Origin: Eledone cirrhosa
Taxonomy: Eukaryota
Length of the DNA stretch: 64,000 nt
Reading direction: 5' to 3'
Assembly (NCBI GenBank): GCA_964016885.1
Contig: OZ024745.1
Span: 38,130,001 to 38,194,000 of the forward strand
The translations under genes and the position numbers were made by a program. The notes below the pieces were generated by a model that was given only the letters and a program-made list of their open reading frames with translations, was not told the origin of the DNA and ran no database searches. Positions 1 to 14,974 of the stretch are shown here, piece after piece (the first letter of the stretch is position 1; each line of letters opens with the position of its first letter).

Positions 1-720
1 TATGAGCTAAATGGGCGTGGATATTTGAAGGATTTGTTTGCATAGTCTAATTTGAAAGAGTAGTTCTTTACATTATCCCAAATCGCTAAAATAGAAGACT
101 ATATACATAATACAATGAATTCAATATAGGATCATGACAATTAGATCTACTAATGATATTATATTATCGCTGAGTAAATTCTAAGAGAAATATCGGGAGG
201 AGAAAGAACTTACTATCTAACTAAAATAACGTGGGTTTAACTAAAATGTTTGATGTAGTTAGTGGGTCAGGTCTTTATAAAATGTTGTAAATCGCTGGGC
301 TCACAATAACGCAGAGAAAAAAGAAACATCATATGAGGTATGCGATTATAGCACATTGCTGTATGGTTCTGAATCATTGATTATTTATTCAGAATTCACA
401 GAAAAGCCGACACTTTCTTTATTTCTGATGCCTACGTGAAATTCTAAGTCTCATGTCAAGATAACATTTTTACCTTCGAAATGTAGCTAGATTAATTGCC
501 TAGATTGATGTCAATCTTTAGATAATTGAGAATAACAATGTCTAGGTTATATTAAATGTATGGCAAACAATGGGATTCCAAAAAGAGTTCCTCTTTGGTG
601 AACTTCTGATCCCGGCATAAGATTGATCAGTCAACACAAACAGAAACATATATATATCATATACCATATATATAATTATATGTATACACACACACACATA
701 CACCCACACACCCACACACA

Positions 721-764
<44 letters not shown>

Positions 765-854
765 AATATATATATATAACGAAAAGTAAAAGTAAGTGAC
801 CTGGTATGGTAATCTATGTTTTGTTTTGTTGTTGTTGTTGTTATTTTTTATTTG

Positions 855-893
855 TCCAATATTTCGGGATCTAAAAGTCCCTTCATCAGCGTT
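855..893 (-). ncRNA. Minimal hammerhead ribozyme-like motif (Penelope-type remnant)
   Basis: Minus strand reads CTGATGA-A-GGGA(cttttaga)TCCC-GAAA-TATT, with palindromic AATATT at stem III; stem I is weak. Confidence 0.45.
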
Positions 894-1020
894 TAAGGAA
901 CATTCAGTGGATAATGTTCCAAATTCCTTTCTTCTGATTTTGATTTAAAACTCGTTTTCAAGCATTTTTTAATGGTTATTTTGCTTTCCACGTGAATGAT
1001 GTCAATTGCCAATATAGTAT

Positions 1021-1716
<696 letters not shown>

Positions 1717-1718
1717 CG

Positions 1719-1772
<54 letters not shown>

Positions 1773-2247
1773 TGTGTGTATGTATGTATATATATATATA
1801 TATATACATACACACATTCACATGCACACACAAACAGTAGGGAAATTAAAAAACAAAAAAAAACAAAAAAACAAACAAGATAACGACCGAAAAAAAGTAA
1901 CTCGAAAAACGATTTTCTGAATAGGATACAATAAAAAATTAGTTTTTGAAAATAAAAATACAAACGAATGATACACATCTCCAGGGTTTTCAGCTGTTGA
2001 GTAAGATTTTGGCAGTTTCGAGCCCCGCAAAGGAAACTTCTGCTCCACCACCGGGGACATAGCATCTGACACAAGTCAAATCAATTAAGCTATAACATGT
2101 ATATCTAGAATTGTATGTGACGTCAGGGAGAAGGTATTATTATTTAATAGCGCGAAGGTCTCGTGAGACGCACAAAAGAAATAAATAAAGGAGAAAAGGC
2201 AAAAAGAAGAAAGTAATATATCGTGTTAAATATAAATCATTGAAATT

Positions 2248-2430
2248 GGATTGGCAGTATCGGTAGAGGGTCGGACGCCATGCTTTCCAGCATAGTTACG
2301 TCCCTTTACGATCTGAGTTCAAATCCCGCCGAGGTTGACTTTGCCTTTCATCCTTACGGGGTTGATTAAATAAAGTACCAGTAATGCACTGGATAATTGC
2401 TGGCCTTGTGCCTAAAGTAGAAACAATTAT
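2248..2430 (+). mobile_element. tRNA-derived SINE (Meta-domain-like core)
   Basis: Box A TGGCAGTATCGG, box B GAGTTCAAATCC, core GACTTTGCCTTTCATCC..GGGGTTGAT..AAAGTACCAG; related copies at 24.8-25.3 kb. Confidence 0.8.
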
Positions 2431-4167
2431 ATATATATGTATATGATATCTGGCACTTGTTTCTCAGAATCTATCGAGCCCGTGAATTAGACAATATATA
2501 TGTATGTATGTATGTAAACCTGCGGCTCAGTAGTTACCGATGATGTTGATCTTTTCTTCTTTTCTGGTTATAGCTACTGTCGCTCAGAGAGTGGGATTGG
2601 CTCAGTGCACAGTCTTTCCTCACTTTAAAAAATATCTTCACGCACAGGCATTGCACGATAGAATTAATTAATAATTATTAATAATGGTATATCGTGCACC
2701 GGCCATACTCGATAACGAGGGGACAGCCATCATGTATATATGTATACCTATATTCCGTCTTCTCTGTACAGTTTGATTGACACTATTATATTTGTAATTT
2801 TCTGTTCTTTTCATCGTCGATCTGAGAATAGATTCGCCTTATAGAGTAATTCCCAAACATATTTCCTCACGGCGCTTTTATACCTAAATATGAAAATGTA
2901 TTCAAAAGACTATTCAAACAAATTAGAATTGCATATAGCAGAACTAAAGAAACAATTTCTCTCAATTTTTCATTAAGTTGAAATATAGATAATTAATAAT
3001 ACAGAGAAACATTCTTTGTACTTCCAGCTTTGGGTAATATATAGAGCAAAGTTACAAATGAGAAGCCTGCACTCGGTGTTATATTGGCAACATTTTCATA
3101 CTTAATTTAGATACTTTTCACGATGGTAGTTATAATCTTTATTACACAAATTTTATTTGAAGAATTTACATTTTGAAATAGCAACTTGCTAATTATATTT
3201 CGTAGTGCACCCTTTGTAAACCTCTCTTATGGGAGCATTATTCACAAACGCTTCCGACCTTAGCTGTCTACTACTTTCAAAGATTGACCTATTTTTTCAA
3301 CATCTCGTCTGTCCCGCCGCGGACACTGCTGCGATTGTAGTGAATACCAGTGTTATTGTTCGTATTTCATATTGAATTCAAAGAATACAAAGTTAATAAA
3401 ATCTTTTGCCTCCCACAGTAAGTTCTCTCTATTATGTCAGCTGACAGCCATACAATCCTGTTAATTTAGAATTAAGCACTATCGTTGTTTTTTTACTTTT
3501 TTCCTTTACACCGTTTAACAATATAATGGCGCTTCTTCCTTAGCTTGCCATCTGAACAGGGGTATCTGCATTACATCGTTTATTAACTGTCAATTTCCTA
3601 TATTAAAGCCAGCTATATTGAATTCATCCTAACATAAGATTAACACATGCTCATACATGCCCAAACAGAAACAATGACGGACATTCACATACAAACATAC
3701 AAACACACATATGCGCACAAATACATACACACATTAATATACACTGACATAAATGCACAGACTTGCATGGTCCTTCATAAACATAGGAGCATGCATAACA
3801 TAGACACATACATCCACCATATATTCTTGATCACAACATAAAACTCAATATACCTTTGGAGAACTACAAGCGTTATTAACATATTCTCATCTCATTTATC
3901 TCCCTAAACTCCATCTCTCTCACCCCCTCTCTATCACTATATATATATAGTGATATATATACATATATATATATTTATTTATTTATATATATACACACAT
4001 ACATGAATATGTATTTCTGTATAGAGATACGATATTAATCTAATCATGTGCTTCTTTAATCAATGCTTTGGGTAGCAATTTCAATATATGTCTTTTATTT
4101 TAATCTCTCTGTGCTTAACAAAAAGCTTGGAGGTACCATATATTAGAGGAAACTATGCTGAAGACTA

Positions 4168-4246
<79 letters not shown>

Positions 4247-4249
<3 letters not shown>

Positions 4250-5112
4250 GACTATTGTATGCGCCTTGCACTGGAGAAGCACCAGGACTCTGGCTTTACT
4301 GTAGCACCGGCTCAGAGCAGGAGAGTTAAGGCGAAAAAGGTATCAGATGCTGAATTTGCTGACGACATAGTTTTGGTGACACATACAGTGAAGGAGGTAG
4401 AGGATTTGATGCGGGAGGTTGAGACTGTGTCGATGAGTGTGGGGCTGAGAATGAATGAGACTAAAACAAAATATCTGGTAGAGAATGTTGAGAAGCCAGA
4501 GGGCATCACTAATGTAGGCGCGAAGCCGCTAGAATTGGTTGAGGGCTTCCTGTATTTGGGAGAAAAAATTGGGAATACGGAAGATGATGTGGTTGAGAGG
4601 AAGAGCAAAGCCTGAACGGCGTGCCACAGCTTGAGATCGGTGTGGAATCGGACCTTCGTAAAGAACTGAAAATCCGCCTCTTCATTGCTGTAGGGGAGTC
4701 TGTGCTGCTGTACGGGTCTGAGACTTGGGCACTAATCAAGAAACTCACTCAGATGGTGGATGGGTGCTACACGAGAATGCTGAGGATGGCTCTGAACAGT
4801 AATCTGTAGACACTGAGGATGAAAAACTCAGAGCTGTATGGGAGCCTCCCAAAAGTCAGCTCAAAAGTGACACAGAGGAGATTGAGGTTAGCTGGACATG
4901 CTTACCGATATCCAGCGTTGACATTGCACTCAGTGCTCCTGTGGGAGCCCCTACATGGATACACTGGAAGAGGAAGACCAGGGTTAACGTATGTTGATGC
5001 CCTAAGGACAGACACTGGTCTGCTGGAGACGCAGGACATGGCAGCGATAATGAGGGACAGAGACCGCTGGAGAGAACTCGTCCATGGATCTCGGGAATTT
5101 TACCCGCTCTAG
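4247..5112 (+). mobile_element. 5'-truncated RTE-clade LINE inserted in (TA)n
   Basis: RT C-terminal motifs EFADDIVL, FLYLG, VLLYGSETW, RRLRLAGH, GRGRP..TYVD, with in-frame stops; flanked by (TA)n. Confidence 0.9.
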
Positions 5113-5169
5113 ATATATATATATATATATATAAGGTAGTCTTCAGCATAGTTCCCTATATATATATAT

Positions 5170-5871
<702 letters not shown>

Positions 5872-5901
5872 AGTAGTAACACAGGAGTTAGTTCACCATA
5901 C

Positions 5902-5939
5902 CGAGAACAATTGTTTCACCTTAGCAGATCTTCAGCTCG
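5902..5939 (-). ncRNA. Minimal type I hammerhead ribozyme inside a 90-bp hairpin (5886-5976)
   Basis: CGAG-CTGAAGA-T-CTGCTAAGG-T-GAAA-CAATTG-TT-CTCG; stem I CGAG/CTCG; palindromic stem III ACAATTGT. Confidence 0.7.
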
Positions 5940-6060
5940 AGGGGGAAGCAATTGTTCTCGGTATGGGGAACTAACTGTTGTGTTACTATTTCTACCAAAC
6001 TCGTCCCATGGACTGAGTGCTCTACCACTAACTACGGATATTACCTTCCAGTGTTCTACT

Positions 6061-6156
<96 letters not shown>

Positions 6157-7199
6157 ACACAATCACGTAAATAATGCACTCAAGAAACAAACCCAGTAAT
6201 AAATAAACCATCTAGTGGATATGACCATCGTAAACACAAAGACAGTTATGAACTAAGAGTCTATATTATTAGGTCTATGACATCCTCCAAAAAACGTACC
6301 ATCATCCATACTTCTCACCCTCTAATGAGTGTGTGGAGTAGCCGGACTTTCTCAAGCGGTAGTTGTCAATTTAGGCAGTTTCTGTATAAGAATAGACATT
6401 AAACAATATCTATTATTACTTGCAGCGACTACAACTCCATTATGTAATAGGCCTTGCTCCACTCTCTCCCGTATACACTTGAACTTAAACCCTCAAACAA
6501 TCCCCCAATATGTCGGAATGTCGCGCATCAGGAGGCGCAGGTTATAAACAAGCCTAATATACATACTCAAATGTAAAACGTAGCTAAGATTAAATAAAAT
6601 ACTAAACTATTAAATAAAAAGTGAAACGATTACAAGATGAAGAATATAAGCCGTCTACTTCCTATACTATCTATATACTACTAAAACTCTGTGATTGCTT
6701 GCTTACTTGTCTGTAATGTAATACAGCCAAAAGGGGGCATAATGGGAAAATACTTTGAAAGGAAGGTGACCTTGAAATGGGAATACAAATGGAATAAAAA
6801 AAAGTTTCGCCTAAATTGGAACACTGGTTTCCGACATATGGGGTTTTTCCAGGTACCTTCATTAACAGAGAGAGTGAGAGAGAATATAGAGAGAAAGAGA
6901 TAGTGGTTGTGAGAGAGTAGACAGAGAAGGAGAAGGGAAGAGAGGGAGAGAGCTGGTGGTGTTGTTGTGTATACATATATGTGAGTGTGTGTGTATATAT
7001 GTGTGTGTATATGTGTGTGTCTGTGATCAGTGTATATAGATTACACACACACACACACATTTATATATATACACACACACGTACATATATGGGCCTTCCA
7101 GTTTCATTTCACATTATATACATGTCTGTGTATATTTTAATTATTTAAAAATTATTTTTAAGTTAACATGATTTAAAAAAAAATATCTTGAAGTGAAAT

Positions 7200-8200
7200 T
7201 GACCCAACTGGTCACAGGTGGTCTTCGTATACTTTAAAAAACAAAATAAGAATAAACAAAATGCTCAATTTATTAAGGCATAAGCGAAATGAATCCACGA
7301 TGAAAAATATAAATCTAATATCAGGAAATACTAAACAATTATTAATATATAATAAACATACTATACACACTCGAATTAAATCACCATTAATATTAAATAA
7401 AATATATACGTATCTGCAAGTATAACATATTAAACCATGTAATCAGAGAAGGCCAAATAATTTTAACGAAACAAGACGTACACATCTGTATAACCTGGTG
7501 GTCGAAGACAAAGTGAGAGAATCAGTACCTTGGCACTATTTTCTGATGTCACTGGTCAAGTAACAGTCAATCAAAATACCAACCAATATTTATAGAATGT
7601 TATTACCCATACATTCTAAGTAGGTCATCATAGCATACAGTTTAAGATTTACAGTTTCAATGTAAAATTACGTACCCCTTACTTTTACAAAAAGGTTTAC
7701 ATCATGGCAATTATTCCAACATTTATTTAGGTCTCGAGCAAATAAATAAAATTAAGAATAAATGAAAATAATTCACACCATATGCTTTCCAAAGCAAACC
7801 GAAACCAACACCCTCTCAAAAAATGTTTTGATCTTTCTTAAATACGATAAGCTTCTACTAGCTTAAGGAAAATAAGTCACATTTCAAAATCCTATGTCTT
7901 TCATTTACAAACTATACATAACCTTGAGTTTTCCAAAATCTCCCTATTGGTGCAGAGACGCCTACGAAATCTCTTTATATAAATATTTCTCGTTGTATCC
8001 CTGTCTTACCATATGTTTTAAATGTTTATTAACTACCTCCGTAAAAAAACATTCATCTGGCTACTTATTCTACCACAGCGTGACTAGAAAACATATGTAT
8101 CCTAAAGACATTGGCTCATAGCTAGATGGAAAATGCATCCAAGCCACCTTAAAGCTAAAATTCTGCTAAAATGGCTTTTTTATTCCCGTGCTTTTTACTG
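7200..8200 (-). mobile_element. Highly degraded Penelope-like (Neptune-type) RT thumb/linker remnant
   Basis: Minus-strand translation gives LAMSQCL/RI and FTEVVNKHLKHMVRQGYNEKYLYKEI, resembling the PLE thumb pattern SQxLRxxRIC...RGY; boundaries approximate. Confidence 0.4.
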
Positions 8201-8753
8201 AAAAATTCCTACTGTAGATCCGGTTCCGGGTTGATGATGCAAGTGACAGTTGGAATAGACACTTATTTACATAACCGTTATTAGTAATCTGGCTTATGAT
8301 GAAACAAGCGCTGGTTTGGGTATATATTAATATTGTTTGATATTTTATTGACTGATTCGATTATCGATTATTTCTTGTTACGTGTATTAATTTTTGTTGA
8401 TGACAATAATTAATTTGTGGGATATATCAATAATTTTGATTTCCTTATTAGATGATTGTTGATCATGGTCGATTGCTTGTTGATCATGTTAATCTTTGTT
8501 GGTAACTCTAATTATTTCGTTCAATACCTCCACCACACCACTTATTCTGTAGTGAAGTATACTGATTACTGGATTAATTCCAGTTAGCATTGCGCAAGAT
8601 GGTGTGTGGCGCGATGTTTCAATACTCCATGTTTACGAGAAACACCTCGTGGTAATGATGTTTCTTGAATTTATATATATACATTTTCTTCCCTTTTTTA
8701 TTTTCATTATAATTATTATTATGCCTATATAAGAAATAATTATTATTATTATT

Positions 8754-10670
8754 GTTCTTTGAGTCTCAGTCATTGATGTTATTTAACTGGAACGTTTGTT
8801 GAAATGAATATCAAGCCGCTATCTGCAGCCTCAGGTATTCAGGACGTATCGGAGGATTCTTGCTGTTCCCAGCAAGCATGCCATTTGAAGTGTTCCAAAA
8901 AGCGGTGTTGGACTAATCTTCTTTAACCATCCTTGGAAACTCTTCGAGATAGTACCTAGTGCGCCCCATGACAATCGGGACGACCTTGATTTCCTGGCAG
9001 TTTCAAATCCTTTTTAACTCCCACTTTAAGTCCTGGTATCGGTTAATTTTCTCCCCCGCTTTCCTTTTCTTGCACTCTCGTGTCAAATGGGCAGGCTACA
9101 TCTATAATCAGGCACGATCTTTTTTCTTTGTCCAAAACCACCAGCTCAGGCCTATTGTGTTCCAATTTCTTGTCCGTCTGTATCCTAAAATCGCATAGCA
9201 CCTCCACCTGATCGTTTTCTATCACCGACTCTGGCTTATGCTCATACCACTTCCCAGAATGTGGTAAATTGTTTACTTTGCATAGGTGCCAGTGGATCAC
9301 CCTGCCCATCACATCATGTCTCCAGCTCTTATATTGAGTCTGGGCTAGGTGTTTACACTCGGATACAATGTGAGCCACAGTTTCCTCTCTCTTTCCACAT
9401 ATCCTACTCAGTGGGCTAGTCTCCTCCTTGTAAATATGGTGTTTCAGCCACTTCGTTTTGAGGGCCTGCTCTTGCGCAGCCATTAGCATTCCTTCTGTAG
9501 CCTTTTTAAGGTCTCCTCTTTTCACCAGTTCCATGTCTGTGGATCTCTGAATTCAGTTTTCTCAAAGAAGGCACTATGAAGGGATTTTTCATGAAGGTTG
9601 CTCTTTCTCCTTGTTGTTATTTCCTCCTTGGACATCCCCTGATCTATTGTCCTCTCCTTCAGTACAATTCTGACATTGGCTCCCTACTATCGGTCACGTA
9701 TTTGTATAGGTTGTTTTTCCCCATCTGAACACAGTACTCTATGCTGATAAGACCTCTTCCACCTTCAGATATCCTTAAGTAGAGTCTATCGACATCACTC
9801 CTTTTGTGGAACATGTTGTAGATAGTCAATAGCTTCCTAGTCTTCTTATCCATTTCTTTTTGTTCAGCAACATTGCATCTCAGAATTCCCGCACTGTACC
9901 TAATAATAGACACAGCTCGGGAATTTACTGCACTTATGGCATTCCTACTGTTCAGATGTGACTTTAGTACGCTCCTTATTCTCCGAATGTATTCAGATCT
10001 TATCAATTCCTTCATTTTTTTGTTATTGATCTCATCAGCCTCCATAACACCTAAATATCTGTATCCCTCTTCAGCATCAATTTCCTTTATCATCTCACCT
10101 GTTGGTACCTGTATTCCGTTGCTGCTGCTCAATTTACCTCTCTTCATCGCAAGGACTCCACACTTACTAATACCAAATTGCATACATATATCATTGCTGA
10201 AAATACGGACAGTGTCAACATGCACATCCAACTCCCTCTCACTCTTCCCGAATAGCTTAAGATCGTCGATGAAGAGGAGGTGATTGATGGTAAGCACTCC
10301 CTTTCTCAACTTGTATCCGCTCTCACTTCTCGCAGTATAATGGTCAGGGGCATCAGAGCATGGAAAAACAACAGAGGGGACAAACTATCTCCCTAGAAGA
10401 TACCTCTCTTGATCCTCATGCCTCCCAAAGATTCTCCGCCCGATGTTAACTCTGTTTTCCAGGACTTCATACTTTTGCTCAACAACTGTCTGATGTTATC
10501 TGCCACCCTAAAGATCTCTAGGCTTTTGGTTATCCAAGAATGAGGTGCCATGTCGAATGCCTTTTTGTAGTCTATCCATCCCATGGCAAGACCAGTGTGT
10601 CTCCTCCTGAAATTCCTCATTACCATCTTATCAATAACTAACTGGTCCTTTGTACCACGGGACTTCTTTT
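8754..10670 (-). mobile_element. 5'-truncated R4/Dong-clade non-LTR retrotransposon (RT + CCHC + restriction-like endonuclease), pseudogenised
   Basis: SRGTKDQL, WIDYKKAFD, HLLFIDDLKL, YRYLG, GGRGL, AAQEQAL, RICGKREETVAHIVSEC, RHD, NRPELVV..IIDVACP; 3' end abuts (AAT)n. Confidence 0.9.
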
Positions 10671-10770
10671 TCTTCTTCTTCTTCTTCTTCTTCTTCTTCT
10701 TCTTCTTCTTCTTCTTCTTCTTCTTCTTCTTCTTCTTCTTCTTCTTCTTCTTCTTCTTCTTCTTCTTCTT

Positions 10771-10845
<75 letters not shown>
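10662..10845. repeat. Compound (TTC)n(ATT)n microsatellite
   Basis: (TTC)n to 10800, then (ATT)15 at 10801-10845. Confidence 0.98.
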
Positions 10846-11061
10846 GAATGCCATGGTTGACGGAGGCTCGGCTCTGTAAGGTATTGTAAATTTTAACCGC
10901 TATAACAATTGTAAATTGTTTAAAACTTTAACCAAATTGTAGACAAAAACACACTCCTCCTCGTGAGAGGGGTCTGTCTGCCCGTTATTTGGCCCTTCGG
11001 GGTTAAATAACCGCTGATTGGGGTTTTGTGCCCAATATTTATTTTAAACCCCCCCAAAAAC

Positions 11062-13195
11062 ATGGCTACAAAAAAGAATTTTCACAAGTCATTCCCACTC
11101 ATTCCTTCTTCTTCTTCCTCAATCATCACTACACCAGAGAGAAGATTGTCTCTCTCCTTCCCTTCTCTAAATGCGTCTCTCTCCCTCCCTTCTCTTTCGC
11201 AAGCGACGCCAGTAAAGAAAAATAGTTTCCAAAATCACGTGCAAAACGTGGAACATTTCTCCACGACGACGACAACGACGAAAAAGGTGTGCGGTAAATA
11301 CGAAAACCCATTTCATTCGTCTGACGTCATGAATAATAGCAGTAGCAGCCGTAATAACAGCAGCAGCAGCAACAGTGACAAGGAAAAAAACAGTAGCAGC
11401 CGCAACATCATCAGCAGCAGCATAAACAACAACAGCATTAGCAGCAACAGCAACAACAACAGCAACAACAACAACAACCACAGCAACAGCGGCGGCGGCA
11501 GTCGTAGTACCAGCAGCAACAACAAACGTAACAGCAGCTCTGACGACGACAACAACAACAACAACAAAGAAAAACCAATCTCGTTTGCAGGTATCGCAAA
11601 GAACCTGGAAACCATCCTTATAACAAATGAGGAATTACAGGATGCAAAGAAGATGGTGACGAAAACCGGACACCGAGCAATCTGTAAGGCAGCCGAAAGA
11701 TGTTTCGAAACCCAACAGCACTGTACGGTCACGTACTGTACAGTAAGCACAAACTCCCGTAGGGTTGAAAGGGCCACAGAGGCTCAAATACAAACAGCCT
11801 TAAGGTCTGTGTGGCAGCGGAAAACGCATATCACCCGAGGCAAGAAATATGCCACCGTGGACGTGCTTTTTGCCACACCCCAGGAGGCAAAGGCTCAATC
11901 CTTAGTGACCCTAAGGAGCGAGGAAATGGTGTTGGTGCCCTCCTACTGCGGACGAAAAATTGTGAGGGTCAAACTGACCCACGTCCCTCCCGGGATGGCC
12001 CCATCTTGGCTGGCCGCGTCTGTCCTCGTCGGAATCGAGGACAAAACAACTGTACTGCAAGTACATAAAAAAGTACGAGAAGATTGGGTCGGCACCTCCA
12101 TTGAGATATTAATCCAAACCAACCAGGAGTGCATCGAAGCTATCCCGGATATGATAGACTTCGATAACGGCACTCAACTGCTCATAACTGTTGGGGGCAA
12201 ACGCCCGAAATGCTTTCGCTGTGGATCGAAGACTCACCTCAGGGCCTTCTGCAATGAGAACACCCTGAGAAAGGAGAAAACCCCCCCTACTTCCGAAACC
12301 GGCTCCACTGCTACCAGCAACAGGACAGGCGGCAACCAGGAAGGATAGGTACGTGACACCCATACCCGCGCTACGGAAATCAAGAACAGTAGCAGCAGTG
12401 GAAGTATTAACAACAACAACAGCAATACCAACTGCAGTTGCATCAGAGACTCCACTGCAAACATCACCAACAACAACAAGTGAAAGAGTGGTGCTGGTAC
12501 CCGTCCCCGACCTCATAGAATCGGACATGGAGTGTGAGGTGGGAGAGGGATTGTAAAAGGTCGCAAGAAGGCACATACGCAGAAGCAGCGCATCGTCGCC
12601 TTCGAAAAGGGAGGAAAGAAACGAAAAAAAAGTAAAGGCTACTGCAAAAAGACTTACAGCAGCAACACCACCAACACCATCACCACCCACACAAGCACCA
12701 CCATCACCACCGGGGGAAACCCCACCGCCAACAACAACAACACCTTCAACACGACCACCACAAGCACCAACATCGCAAACACAACAAAACACACACACCC
12801 AGCAACAACGACAAGAAAATAGCAGAACCACACCCCACCCCCAGAAAAACAAATGCACAGCAAGAAATACACACAACAAGAAATTAATGACTTACATAAT
12901 TGAACACAGACATTTCACAGCACGACTACATAATACCAGCACCAATCAAAACACCAACGAACATAAGACTGGTAAAAATAGCACAGAAATAATACACAAA
13001 CTTTAAAACGAAATTCCCCAACGCAGTTGGTGATTTCAGAGACCTAGGAGGGACACTCAACCGGAGGGTATATTCGGATATACTCACAGAAGAGCCGACG
13101 ACAGCCGAAGGGGCGATTCAACGGTCCCTTCACCAGACGATCAAGTGAAAAGGGATGGTGAAACCATCCTGTCTCTGCGAGAAGAAGTAAGGTAA
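11062..13195 (+). pseudogene. Tx1 ORF1 (copy A), gag-like zinc-knuckle protein, disrupted
   Basis: ATG at 11062; CFRCGSKTHLRAFC; N/S- and P/T-rich low-complexity tracts; premature stops from 12348; ends LSLREEVR*. Confidence 0.8.
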
Positions 13196-13229
13196 GTGGT
13201 CTTTCCCATCTTTTCCACTCCATTTCAAC

Positions 13230-14778
13230 ATGACCTCACTCAGAATAGGCAGCATAAATGTGCGTGGTTTGGGGTCGTCATGGAAGCAGGGCCACCTGCT
13301 CAACGACCTCAGGTCACTAAACATAGATGTAGTGGCCATCGGCGAGACCAGAATCTCCGAAGCACGGGCCTTCGCACCGATCTTCGGCGGCTACGATGTG
13401 TACGCATCTCCCAGCCGTCCGGGAACGGAGGGAGGAGTTGCTGTGATTTTTTTGAGAGGTTTGGATCTCGCCATACGGGCCATCTTCCTGAACCCAGAAG
13501 GTAAGTTGGTGGTGCTGGACGTGACCAGCGGAGACGGGCAAGCTTTCAGGCTAGTGGCCGTCTATGCCCCGACAGGAGCAGGGCGGCCTGATTTCTTCCG
13601 GCGTCTGGAGACCTTTCTTGGAACGTCCCGCTCTTTAGTGTTAGTGGGCGACTGGAACAGGATCTTAGATGCACGCTGGGACTGTGTGGGATTAGCGGAT
13701 AGGAGAGAAAGCTATCCCTGAAAGGTCGAGCGGAGGAGGCGAACGCGTACATCGCGTCCGTCATCTACTACCACCTGACCGTCGTACCTTGTCCTAAACC
13801 CCGCCTGACTGCGCTGGAGCGTTTGCTCTTTCGCTTTTTGTGGAAGGGACGCGCTCCGATGGTAAGGCGATCCATCTTCTGTCAACACCCGTTACGTGGA
13901 GGGCTGGGCATACCGTGGCTGATGATACGCAGACACGTGCTCAGGCTACGACGTCTCCACCTCTTCCTCGACGGTGATCTGGTGTGGTCGCCGTTTGCTA
14001 GACACGTCTTTCCCCAGCTCGTCTCCTTGACGGAGCTGCAGTCCTGAGTCAAGCGAAGACCGAGAAGGAGCGCTTGGAGACTGGAATGTCTTCAGGCGCT
14101 CACAGCCCTCGACCGATCGGGCAATGTGAGCGGTGGAAATTCCACCTTGGCGTTCTATAGAGGATTAGAGGAGGGGAAGAGCGACGACATACTTGGAGAA
14201 AATCTAGGCGTCGACGAAAATCAACTAGCCAATCTCTTCGGAAGGACTTCCGGGCCGGGGTCTATGGACAACTTCCAGAAATCCCTTGCCGGGCAGTGCT
14301 ACCGAGGAGCTTTGCCAGTTCGGGATAAACTGTATAGGCATGGAGGTGCCGTCAGCGGGCATGTCCGAGATGCGCGCAGGGTGACGAAACCGTCCTGCAC
14401 GCACTCGTCCAGTGTCCGATCATTGCTGATTTGTGGGTTTATGTCGAACACCTGCTGTCACATGTAGGACGGATCCAGCTATCAGCTGTGTCCATCGTGA
14501 GGATTGCCACGCCCTCTTCCTTTAGCCGGGAAGGGCAGGCAGTTTTTATCTGCCTTGTGGCCATGGCGAAAGAGATAGTATGGTGGACACGTTTGAAAGG
14601 CCTGAAGACGAGCACTTACCTCTTCGGTGATGCCTTGATTAACCTTTTCAAATTTCATTTGAAAAGGAAAATCAGGGTAGAGAGGGAAGTGCTCTCTTCC
14701 CAGCATTTTGTTGAAATATGGGTGAGAGAAGCAAGTATGGCCCGATTGAATGGGCCTAATCTGAGTATGTGTCTGTAA
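13230..14778 (+). pseudogene. Tx1 ORF2 remnant (APE N-half joined to post-RT region and zinc finger)
   Basis: SINVRGL, ETR, VYAP, GDWN; at about 13705 the sequence jumps to the region matching 19539 of copy B. Confidence 0.85.
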
Positions 14779-14923
14779 ATTAAAGGTGGAAAACTGGGAG
14801 AGGGCACTTGCCCTGGTGGTCAGGGTCACTGTGGCCTTTTAATGGGCTTTCTCCACAAATGTCCCTTGTTCAATTATTACATCCTCTGTTTCTTGTCTTT
14901 TACACGCAGTTAATAAAGAAAGA

Positions 14924-14974
<51 letters not shown>

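Larger units (their letters stand above)
10846..14923 (+). mobile_element. Tx1-clade LINE copy A, both ends present, internal ~1.87-kb deletion removing RT
   Basis: ORF1 with CCHC knuckle, APE N-terminus, ORF2 C-terminus, 3' AATAAAGAAAGAA; (ATT)n on both sides. Confidence 0.9.

Noticed and set aside
2248-2335. tRNA gene
   Set aside because: A and B boxes are present but there is no cloverleaf; it is a SINE head
10393-10879. Poly-N/poly-K, poly-F/L and poly-S/Y ORFs
   Set aside because: Read-through of the (TTC)n(ATT)n array; only the SRGTKDQL..KRGIF part is real RT sequence
12109-12879. Antisense V/G-rich ORFs over Tx1 ORF1 (also 16286-16858 and 63680-63949)
   Set aside because: Expected shadow frames of CA-rich Pro/Thr-coding sequence
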